Below, piece after piece: positions 20,191 through 28,440 of a stretch of 64,000 nucleotides of DNA. The notes beneath the pieces were generated by a model. That model was not told where the DNA came from and ran no database searches. It was given only the letters and a program-made list of their open reading frames with translations. Location: positions 2,444 to 66,443 of the forward strand of contig CAOKOS010000005.1 of the NCBI GenBank assembly GCA_948470255.1, written 5' to 3'. The first letter of the stretch is position 1. Every line of letters begins with the position of its first letter. This DNA comes from an uncultured Lachnotalea sp. Its GTDB lineage: Bacteria; Bacillota; Clostridia; Lachnospirales; Lachnospiraceae. The translations under genes were made by a program, and so were the position numbers.

Positions 20191-20316
20191 TATCTGGAAC
20201 AGAAATACTCTTATTCATTTGATGGGAGGAATCCATCCGGTAGAAACGTCGAAGAAAAAAGAAGATGACTGGTCAAAGAAACTTCCATATTTTATTGCGG
20301 CAAAGAGTGAATAAAT

Positions 20317-20370
20317 AAAGGGACGATTGTATAAACAGAGGGCGAATCTGTTTATACAATCGTCCTTTTT
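20317..20370. terminator. Bidirectional terminator
   Basis: GGACGATTGTATAAACAGA / TCTGTTTATACAATCGTCC stem flanked by A and T runs. Confidence 0.9.
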
Positions 20371-20381
20371 GCCAGCCGGGA

Positions 20382-20951
20382 TCAGCGGTTTTTCACCTGG
20401 CTGGCGCCATACCTGAGGGCGGGGCCTAAAATCAGGGAAACGATGATTTTAGCTGCATCGCCGGGCAAATAGGGAACAACCCCGGACATCAGCCCCGCTG
20501 TAAAAGAAAGCTCCATCTGAAAACAGAGCCAGACCGTACCAAACAGATAACATACGACGGTTCCCAGAACCATACCGAGGACATGGAAATAATATTTCTT
20601 GGGGAACCGGTCAATGAACCACCCGGCAATGAGAGCCATGAAAATAAATCCCACCAGATAGCCGCCTGTGGGACCCACCAGTTTGGCCGGGCCTCCGGTG
20701 AAACCGGAAAATACAGGGACTCCCACCATACCGATCAGGAGATAGATGAGATAACTGAGGGTTCCGGCTTTCATACCAAGTACATATAAGGTAATGTATA
20801 CAGCCAGATTTGTGAAAGAAATAGGAACAGGGCTTATGGGAATCGGAATGGAAAGGGGGCCAAGGATACAGGTAATGGCAGTCATAACGCTGACGAGAGT
20901 CATGGTTATCAAAGTTAGCTTTGAGGATTTTTCTGTGATTGTCTTTTCCAT
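20382..20951 (-). CDS. bioY: Biotin transporter BioY
   Basis: PVPISF, YLLIG.VG.PVF, GPTGGYLVGF, PYLPGD; RBS AAAGGAG before ATG 20951. Confidence 0.95.
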   Translation of the reverse strand: MEKTITEKSSKLTLITMTLVSVMTAITCILGPLSIPIPISPVPISFTNLAVYITLYVLGMKAGTLSYLIYLLIGMVGVPVFSGFTGGPAKLVGPTGGYLVGFIFMALIAGWFIDRFPKKYYFHVLGMVLGTVVCYLFGTVWLCFQMELSFTAGLMSGVVPYLPGDAAKIIVSLILGPALRYGASQVKNR

Positions 20952-21050
20952 AAATAATAACGCTCCTTTTTCAGTTGGAATTTGGATGTAAAAAGTGGGT
21001 CTGCTGCAAAGCGCTTGCAATAGGCTCATTATAAAATAGAAAATAGAAAA

Positions 21051-21079
21051 TGTCAACTTAAATTACAAAAAGGTTTACA
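21051..21079. promoter_or_regulatory. BirA operator upstream of bioY
   Basis: TGTCAAC-N15-GTTTACA matches the Firmicute BirA box TGTtAAC-N14/16-GTTaACA. Confidence 0.8.
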
Positions 21080-21153
21080 ATCATGGGCTTTAAGATGGCG
21101 TGAAAAATCCTTCCTCCATTGCAGGATTTTGTTTTATATGATATAATCATAAC

Positions 21154-21183
21154 ATATGAAATCAATTATTTCATATATGAAAT
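21154..21183. promoter_or_regulatory. Overlapping palindromic operator upstream of the isomerase gene
   Basis: ATATGAAAT-N5-ATTTCATAT (21154-21176) overlapping the perfect palindrome ATTTCATATATGAAAT (21168-21183). Confidence 0.6.
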
Positions 21184-21233
21184 AAAAATATGCCGCAGGG
21201 GGCGGTGGATGAAAGGGAAAGGAAGGTATTTTT

Positions 21234-22664
21234 ATGGGAAACAGAAAACCTCTTTTAGGTATTATGGGACTGTCTGACGGTGATCCGGTTGTTCATGAGA
21301 AAAGTAAGGACGTGGTTCAGCACCAGCTGGATGTGATCAAGGCAGCCCTGGAGAAAGATGGACGTGTGGATGTGGTCGTAGCGGACAATCTTGTAAACTC
21401 TGTGGCTTCAGCCAGAGCAGAAGCGGAAAAGCTGAAAGCAAAAGGCGTAGATGGAACCATCTTTTCTTACGGCGTCTTTGCATGGCCGAATTTTTCTGCC
21501 ATTGCAGCAAAATATGGCCAGGGTCCGTACCTTTTGGCTGCCCAGTTAAACCCTGACTGGCCCGGCATGGTGGCTATGCTGGCGGCAGGCGGCGCTTTAA
21601 ATCAGCAGGGGATTACCCACTTCCGCGCATATGGTGACTTCAATGACCCTGAAGTACTGGAGAGGATCATTACATTTGGAAAATGCGCGCATGTGGTTAC
21701 CAGTTTAAATGGACAAAAGTATGGCCTGATCGGCGGCCGTTCTTTAGGTATGTACAGCGCCACTGTGGATATGCAGGATTGGCAGGATAAATTCGGTGTG
21801 GATGTAGAGCACTGTGACGAGAGTGAGATTGTCCGTCTGGCGGAGGAAGTGCCGGAAGAACAGGTGGAAAAAGCATTTAACTGGCTGACTGAAAAATGTA
21901 AGGCTATTGAGTATGACGGGCAGAAACTGACACCGGAAAAATTGAAAACACAGATTCGGCATTATGAAGCCATCAAGAGAATCCAGAAAGAAAATGAATT
22001 CGATTTTGTGGGCGTGAAATGCCATTATGATATGAGCTGCCATTACTGTACAGAATGTATTGCGGCCGCATTTATGAACGACCCTTATGACTGGGATGGA
22101 GCCAAAGAGCCGGTGGTTTACGCGTGCGAGGCAGATTCCGATGCAGCCATGACCATGCAGATGCTGAAGCTTTTGACAGGGGATCCGGTGGTATTTATGG
22201 ATGTCCGCCACTGGGATGAGGAAAATCAGGTTCTGGAGTTCTGCAACTGTGGTTCAGAGTCCACCTGGTATGCGGCAAAGAGTGATAATCCAGATGAAAA
22301 TTTAAAAAATGTGACGTTGTATCCTTGTCTGGATATTTATGCAGGCGGCGGCTGCCACGTAAACTGCCAGACAGCCCCCGGCCTTTGTACCATCGCAAGG
22401 CTGTGCCGTTCCATGGATGAAAATGGAAAGCGCAAATATAGGATGGTGATGTTTACAGCAGAATTGGTATCTATGCCGAAGGAGCGGGAAGAACTTACCA
22501 ATAAAGAATGGCCCCATAATTTTGCAAAACTGCATTTCGATTACAAGGTATTTTTGGATAACTTTGATGCAAATCACGCACATGCAGTTTATGGCGACCA
22601 TATTGAAGAGCTTAAAACCATTTGCAAGATGATGAAAATCGACGTGGAAGTGTTGGGAGAATAA
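21234..22664 (+). CDS. L-fucose/L-arabinose isomerase family protein
   Basis: GGRSLGM, NDPYDWDG, ACEADSDA, FMDVR, NCGS, ANH.H.VYGD. Confidence 0.88.
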   Translation: MGNRKPLLGIMGLSDGDPVVHEKSKDVVQHQLDVIKAALEKDGRVDVVVADNLVNSVASARAEAEKLKAKGVDGTIFSYGVFAWPNFSAIAAKYGQGPYLLAAQLNPDWPGMVAMLAAGGALNQQGITHFRAYGDFNDPEVLERIITFGKCAHVVTSLNGQKYGLIGGRSLGMYSATVDMQDWQDKFGVDVEHCDESEIVRLAEEVPEEQVEKAFNWLTEKCKAIEYDGQKLTPEKLKTQIRHYEAIKRIQKENEFDFVGVKCHYDMSCHYCTECIAAAFMNDPYDWDGAKEPVVYACEADSDAAMTMQMLKLLTGDPVVFMDVRHWDEENQVLEFCNCGSESTWYAAKSDNPDENLKNVTLYPCLDIYAGGGCHVNCQTAPGLCTIARLCRSMDENGKRKYRMVMFTAELVSMPKEREELTNKEWPHNFAKLHFDYKVFLDNFDANHAHAVYGDHIEELKTICKMMKIDVEVLGE

Positions 22665-22873
22665 GGCTGATTATCCCAAGGCTTTGATGTGCCGCCCGAA
22701 ATCTGGCAGGCCAAACAACTGATGCAGCGGCGTTCCTCTATCCCAGGCAGGGAGGGGGGGCGCCGTTTTTGCCATATAGAAAATTTCATGCCTTTTGAGC
22801 GAAATTTTGAAATTAAAAGGAATCAGACCTTGTACCAGACAGCAACAGATGATAGAATGAAAGCAAGGAGGGA

Positions 22874-25312
22874 ATGCCCATGAACGAAAAATTATATCAA
22901 CTGATGGACTGGCCGGAGATTGAAGCGGTTGTTTATTCTGAGTGTCAAAGACCGGCCTCTGTGCTGGGACCCCACTTGACGGATGAAGGAGTTTTGATCC
23001 AGGCATTTTTGCCCACAGCTGTTTCTGTAACAGTGGTGACGGCAAAGGATGGGAAGCGGTATGCCATGGAGCTGGCCGATGAGGCGGGTTTTTTTGCAGT
23101 CCTGCTTCCGGAACAGAAGACTCCTTCTTATACGTTTGAAGTGACCTGGGACAATGGCACGAAACAGAAAGTGCATGATCCCTATCGCTTTCCTTCTATT
23201 TATGAGGAATCAGATGTGAAGCGGTTTGATGCCGGAATCCATTATGAAATATACAAAAAAATGGGGGCCCATCCCCAAAAGCTCCAGGGAGTGGAGGGGG
23301 TGGTGTTTTCTGTGTGGGCGCCGGGGGCCATGCGGGTCAGTGTGGTTGGAGATTTTAATCTCTGGGACGGCAGACGCCACCAGATGCAGCGGATTTCGGA
23401 TTCAGGGATTTATGAATTATTTATTCCTGGGCTTTCGTCTGGAGCCATTTATAAATATGAGGTGAAATTTAAAGGGGGGAAACCCAGCCTGAAGGCGGAT
23501 CCTTATGCCAATTACGCAGAGCTTCGTCCGGCGACAGCCTCTGTGGTTTATAACTTGAACGAGTATGTGTGGATGGACAAAATCTGGATGGATGCAAGGA
23601 AAGAAGATGTGAGGAAACAGAAGCTTTTTTCCGGCCCCATGAATATTTATGAAGTACATCTTGGCTCCTGGAAAGCGCCGGAGGAAGAGGGCGCTGATAC
23701 AAAGGCAGAAAATACGGAGGCAGAAGCTGCAAAAGCAGAGGATACGGCCCCGGAGGGAAAAGAAGCAGACGGGGCAGAAACAAAAGAGGGACAAAAGTTT
23801 TATAATTACCGGGAAATTGCGCCTCGGCTGGCGGAGTATGTGAAGAAAATGGGATATACCCATGTGGAGCTTATGCCGGTGATGGAGCATCCCCTCGACG
23901 AATCCTGGGGCTACCAGGTGACAGGATATTACGCGCCCACCAGCCGCTATGGGACACCGGACGATTTCCGTTTTTTTATGGACACCATGCACCAGGCGGG
24001 AATCGGTGTGATTCTGGACTGGGTGCCGGCGCATTTTCCGCGGGATACCTTTGGGCTGGCGGATTTTGACGGGACAGGGCTTTACGAACATAAGGATCCC
24101 AGACAGGGCGCCCATCCCCATTGGGGGACGCTGATTTTTAATTATGGAAGGCCGCAGGTTTCTAATTTTCTCGTTGCTAACGCCCTCTACTGGGCACAGG
24201 AGTACCATGCGGACGGTATCCGTATGGATGCAGTGGCTTCCATGCTTTACCTGGATTACGGCAAAAATGATGGGGAGTGGATTCCCAACATTTATGGCGG
24301 AAATGAAAACCTGGAAGCCCTGGAGCTTCTCAAACATCTGAATTCCATTTTCAAGAAGAAAAAGCTGCCAACGCTCCTGATTGCGGAGGAATCTACGGCC
24401 TGGCCCAGGATTACAGGAGATGTGGACGACGGCGCGGTGGGCTTTGATTACAAGTGGAACATGGGATGGATGAATGACTTTCTTGGTTATATGCAGTGTG
24501 ATCCCATCTATCGGACTTATCATTATGGAGAAATGACTTTTAGCATGATTTATGCATACAGTGAGCGGTTTATTCTGGTGCTCTCCCATGATGAGGTAGT
24601 CCATGGAAAAGGCTCCATGGTGGGAAAAATGCCGGGAGAAACCTTTGAATTGAAATTTGCCAATGTCCGGGCCGCGTACGGTTTCATGATGTTCCATCCA
24701 GGGAGGAAGCTTCTGTTTATGGGACAGGAATTTGGCCAGATGGATGAATGGAATGAAAAAGAGGGGCTTCAGTGGTATTTACTGAAATATGATGTCCACA
24801 GCCGGTTGCAGGAATATGTGAGAGATCTGAACCATCTGTATCTGAAAAGCCCTGCACTCTGGACTTTGGATGATGAACCGGAAGGGTTTGAGTGGATAGA
24901 TTGTACCAATTCAAAGGATAATATCGTTGTATTTTTAAGAAAGAGCGGAAAGCAGGAAGAAACGCTTTTGGTGGTCTGCAACTTTGTCCCTGTGGCCCAT
25001 GAGGCTTACCGGGTAGGTGTGCCTTATGCGGGAAAATATAAAGAGATTTTCAACAGCGATGAAAAGAAATACGGCGGTACAGGAATTATCAATGGGAGGG
25101 TAAAACAATCATCTGCGGAAGAGTGGGATGAACGGGAAAATTCCATTTCCATTAAAGTGGCGCCTCTTGGAATTCAGGCGTTTCAGTATATTCCCGTCCT
25201 GGAGCCTGTAAAAGGAAATGCGGCGGCGAAGAAGCGAGGCAGAGCCAAAGGTTCAAAAGGACGGACTGCCGGGGTGGCAAAGGTGAAGAAAGCGATGATG
25301 GAGGAAGGATAG
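22874..25312 (+). CDS. glgB: 1,4-alpha-glucan branching enzyme
   Basis: FSVWAP, IYEVHLGSW, SWGYQVTGY, DWVPAHF, DGIRMDAVASM, AEES, LSHDEVVHGK. Confidence 0.97.
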   Translation: MPMNEKLYQLMDWPEIEAVVYSECQRPASVLGPHLTDEGVLIQAFLPTAVSVTVVTAKDGKRYAMELADEAGFFAVLLPEQKTPSYTFEVTWDNGTKQKVHDPYRFPSIYEESDVKRFDAGIHYEIYKKMGAHPQKLQGVEGVVFSVWAPGAMRVSVVGDFNLWDGRRHQMQRISDSGIYELFIPGLSSGAIYKYEVKFKGGKPSLKADPYANYAELRPATASVVYNLNEYVWMDKIWMDARKEDVRKQKLFSGPMNIYEVHLGSWKAPEEEGADTKAENTEAEAAKAEDTAPEGKEADGAETKEGQKFYNYREIAPRLAEYVKKMGYTHVELMPVMEHPLDESWGYQVTGYYAPTSRYGTPDDFRFFMDTMHQAGIGVILDWVPAHFPRDTFGLADFDGTGLYEHKDPRQGAHPHWGTLIFNYGRPQVSNFLVANALYWAQEYHADGIRMDAVASMLYLDYGKNDGEWIPNIYGGNENLEALELLKHLNSIFKKKKLPTLLIAEESTAWPRITGDVDDGAVGFDYKWNMGWMNDFLGYMQCDPIYRTYHYGEMTFSMIYAYSERFILVLSHDEVVHGKGSMVGKMPGETFELKFANVRAAYGFMMFHPGRKLLFMGQEFGQMDEWNEKEGLQWYLLKYDVHSRLQEYVRDLNHLYLKSPALWTLDDEPEGFEWIDCTNSKDNIVVFLRKSGKQEETLLVVCNFVPVAHEAYRVGVPYAGKYKEIFNSDEKKYGGTGIINGRVKQSSAEEWDERENSISIKVAPLGIQAFQYIPVLEPVKGNAAAKKRGRAKGSKGRTAGVAKVKKAMMEEG

Positions 25313-25315
25313 GAG

Positions 25316-26215
25316 ATGACGGTACTGTGGGCGGAAGAAGCGGCTACCGATGTGGCGGAGGTGGTAAGCCAGATAGAATATGCTTATAAAGTACAGTTAA
25401 GGGAGATTCTTGATGCGCTTCCTGTCCAGGCGCTGCTTTTTGGTCTTAAAGTCCTGACCGTTCTGCTTTTGTTTATTATTGGCAGGAAATTAATCCGCAT
25501 GGTCACGAAGATTACGGAACGGTCCATGGAACGGGCCGGGACAGAAATTACGGTGCGGAAGTTTGTAAAATACCTGGTGAGGGCCGCCGGATATATTATG
25601 CTTGTGATTCTGACTTTAAGCGTGGCGGGGGTGCAGCCCACAGCTTTCGCAACAGTGGCCAGCTCTGTAACAGTGGCCCTGGGACTTGCATTACAGGGAA
25701 GCCTGGGCAATTTTGCGGGTGGTCTTCTGATTTTGATGTTGAAACCCTTTAAAGTAGGGGATTATATCATTGAGGATACTCACAAAAACGAGGGAACAGT
25801 CCGAAATATTGGTCTGGTATATACGGAACTGGTGACTTTAGACAGCCGGGTGATTATGGTTCCCAACGGAAATCTGGCCAACAGCAGTATGACCAATGTG
25901 ACAGCCCAGGAAAAACGCCAGCTTGATTTAAAGGTGGGGATTTCCTATGAGTCGGATTTAAAAAAGGCGAAAGAGCTTTTGTTTCATTTGGTGGAAAACC
26001 ATCCAATGACCATGACAGATGAAGAACATTTTGTTTATGTGTCAGAGCTGGGGGAAAGTGCTGTGATCCTGGGTTTGCGCTGTTGGGTAAAAACTTCGGA
26101 ATACTGGAAATGCCTCTGGAGCATGACGGAGCAGATGAAGTTGGTGTTTGATGAGGGGGGAATTAAGATTCCTTACGGACAGCTGGACGTTCATATCAAG
26201 AGCAAGGAAATTTAA
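25316..26215 (+). CDS. mscS: Small-conductance mechanosensitive channel
   Basis: LGLALQGSLGNFAGG...KPFKVGDYI, VPNG.L, GI.IPY.Q. Confidence 0.93.
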   Translation: MTVLWAEEAATDVAEVVSQIEYAYKVQLREILDALPVQALLFGLKVLTVLLLFIIGRKLIRMVTKITERSMERAGTEITVRKFVKYLVRAAGYIMLVILTLSVAGVQPTAFATVASSVTVALGLALQGSLGNFAGGLLILMLKPFKVGDYIIEDTHKNEGTVRNIGLVYTELVTLDSRVIMVPNGNLANSSMTNVTAQEKRQLDLKVGISYESDLKKAKELLFHLVENHPMTMTDEEHFVYVSELGESAVILGLRCWVKTSEYWKCLWSMTEQMKLVFDEGGIKIPYGQLDVHIKSKEI

Positions 26216-26230
26216 ATTTCCTTGCTCTTG
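26197..26230. terminator. Perfect 34-bp palindrome over the mscS stop codon (probable terminator)
   Basis: CAAGAGCAAGGAAATTT|AAATTTCCTTGCTCTTG. Confidence 0.6.
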
Positions 26231-26331
26231 CAATTATACGGCAGAGTGTGCTAATATAGGGAAATGTGTAACGGCCAAATGGCCGCGTGTGCCCTGTAGG
26301 GTATAATTAAATAAAGGAAGCAGGAAGAATC

Positions 26332-28161
26332 ATGAAAACGACAAGAGAAGATATAAGGAACATTGCAATTATAGCCCATGTTGACCATGGTAAGACAACG
26401 CTGGTGGATGAGCTTTTGAAGCAGAGCGGTGTATTCCGGGCAAATCAGGAGGTAATGGAGCGGGTCATGGACTCCAATGATATTGAAAGGGAGCGCGGCA
26501 TTACCATTCTTTCCAAAAATACGGCGGTATTTTATAAAGGGACTAAAATTAATATCATTGATACGCCTGGCCATGCTGATTTTGGCGGTGAAGTGGAGCG
26601 GGTACTGAAGATGGTAAATGGCGTTATCCTGGTGGTGGATGCCTTTGAAGGCGCCATGCCCCAGACAAAATTTGTACTGCAAAAAGCGTTGGAGCTGGAG
26701 CTTCCGGTGATCGCCTGTATCAATAAAATCGACCGGCCGGAGGCAAGGCCGGATGAAGTGATTGATGAAGTCTTGGAGCTTTTGCTGGAATTGGATGCTT
26801 CTGATGAACAGCTGGATTGCCCCTTTGTATTTGCATCAGCAAAAGGCGGCTATGCCATGCGGAAGCTGGATGACGAAAAGAAGGACATGCAGCCTTTGTT
26901 TGATACCATCATTGGGCATATCCCGGCGCCGGAAGGAGATCCGGATGCGGATACTCAAATTTTAATCAGTACCATTGATTACAATGAATATGTGGGCCGG
27001 ATCGGTGTCGGAAAAGTGGATAACGGTTCCATCCGGGTGAATCAGGAAGTGGCTCTGGTCAATCATCATGATCCGGGAAAGTTTAAGAAGGTGAAGGTAA
27101 GCCGTCTTTATGAATTTGACGGGCTGGAAAAAGTGGAGGTGGAGAAGGCCGGGATTGGTTCCATCGTGGCCGTTTCAGGCATTGCCGATTTGCATATTGG
27201 CGATACGCTCTGTGCACCGGATCACCCGGTTCCCATTCCCTTCCAGAAGATTTCCGAACCCACCATTGCCATGCATTTTATGGTAAACGACAGCCCGCTG
27301 GCGGGTACAGAGGGGAAGTATGTGACCTCCCGCCATATCAGGGATCGTTTGTTCCGTGAATTGAACACGGATGTCAGCCTCCGGGTGGAGGAGACGGAAG
27401 ATGCCGACCGGTTCAAAGTTTCCGGAAGGGGGGAGCTGCATTTATCTGTGCTGATCGAGAATATGCGGAGGGAAGGCTATGAATTTGCTGTCAGCAAGGC
27501 AGAAGTTATTTATAAACAGGATGAAAAGGGGCGGAAATTAGAACCTATGGAACTGGTCTATATTGACGTGCCTGACGAGTTTTCTGGTACGGTTATTCAG
27601 AAGCTTTCCCTGAGAAAGGGAGAATTGCAGGGGATGTCCCCCTCTGGCACTGGTTATACAAGGATGGAATTTGCCATTCCCTCCAGGGGTCTCATTGGAT
27701 ACAGGGGAGACTTCCTGACTGATACCAAGGGAAACGGCGTTATGAATCAGCTTTTTGACGGATACGCCCTCTATAAAGGGGATATCCAGTATCGGCGCCA
27801 AGGTTCTTTGATTGCTTTTGAAAGCGGGGAAAGCGTGACCTACGGCCTTTTTAATGCCCAGGAGAGAGGTTCTCTCTTTATCGGCCCCGGGGAAAAAGTA
27901 TATGGCGGAATGGTGGTGGGGTCCAATGCGAAAGCGGAGGATATCGAGGTGAATGTGTGTAAGACAAAACACTTGACCAATACCCGGTCTTCCGGTTCCG
28001 ATGAAGCGCTGAAGCTGGTGCCTCCTGTGGTGATGAGCTTAGAGCAGGCTCTGGACTTTATAGATGCCGATGAGCTTTTGGAGGTGACACCGGAACATTT
28101 ACGCCTCAGGAAAAAGATACTGGATTCCAGGATGAGAAAACGGGCGGGAATAAATAAATAA
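26332..28161 (+). CDS. typA: Translational GTPase TypA/BipA
   Basis: AHVDHGKTT, ERGITILSKN, DTPGHADFGGEVER, NKID, GRGELHL. Confidence 0.98.
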   Translation: MKTTREDIRNIAIIAHVDHGKTTLVDELLKQSGVFRANQEVMERVMDSNDIERERGITILSKNTAVFYKGTKINIIDTPGHADFGGEVERVLKMVNGVILVVDAFEGAMPQTKFVLQKALELELPVIACINKIDRPEARPDEVIDEVLELLLELDASDEQLDCPFVFASAKGGYAMRKLDDEKKDMQPLFDTIIGHIPAPEGDPDADTQILISTIDYNEYVGRIGVGKVDNGSIRVNQEVALVNHHDPGKFKKVKVSRLYEFDGLEKVEVEKAGIGSIVAVSGIADLHIGDTLCAPDHPVPIPFQKISEPTIAMHFMVNDSPLAGTEGKYVTSRHIRDRLFRELNTDVSLRVEETEDADRFKVSGRGELHLSVLIENMRREGYEFAVSKAEVIYKQDEKGRKLEPMELVYIDVPDEFSGTVIQKLSLRKGELQGMSPSGTGYTRMEFAIPSRGLIGYRGDFLTDTKGNGVMNQLFDGYALYKGDIQYRRQGSLIAFESGESVTYGLFNAQERGSLFIGPGEKVYGGMVVGSNAKAEDIEVNVCKTKHLTNTRSSGSDEALKLVPPVVMSLEQALDFIDADELLEVTPEHLRLRKKILDSRMRKRAGINK

Positions 28162-28190
28162 AAAAGATTGCGCTTTGCGCAATCTTTTTT
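28161..28190. terminator. Terminator hairpin after typA
   Basis: AAAAAGATTGCGC-TTT-GCGCAATCTTTTTT. Confidence 0.85.
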
Positions 28191-28440
28191 ACTTTATAGG
28201 AAATTGCGTCCTATAAAGTAAAACCGCTCCGCGAGGATCGCACTGCGGCGGAGAGGAATTATATCGCTGAGGCGATCCGCCGCAGGCGGCGAATCCTGCC
28301 ACGCAGGATTCTTTTTTCCTTTATAGGAAATTGCGTCCTATAAAGCAAAAACCGCTCCGCGAGGATCGCACTGCGGCGGAGAGGAATTATATCGCTGAGG
28401 CGATCTGGCGCAGGCGGCGAATCCTGCATGGCAGGATTCT
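28187..28440. repeat. Two tandem ~127-bp structured repeats (REP/MITE-like)
   Basis: Near-identical copies at about 28192-28312 and 28319-28440, each made of several short inverted repeats. Confidence 0.85.

Noticed and set aside
23417-24697. 426-aa minus-strand ORF and other long antisense ORFs (e.g. 7687..8574, 45452..46330)
   Set aside because: They lie wholly opposite well-supported genes and are explained by codon bias; no motifs
28187-28440. CRISPR array
   Set aside because: Only two long units, no unique spacers, and no cas genes in the window
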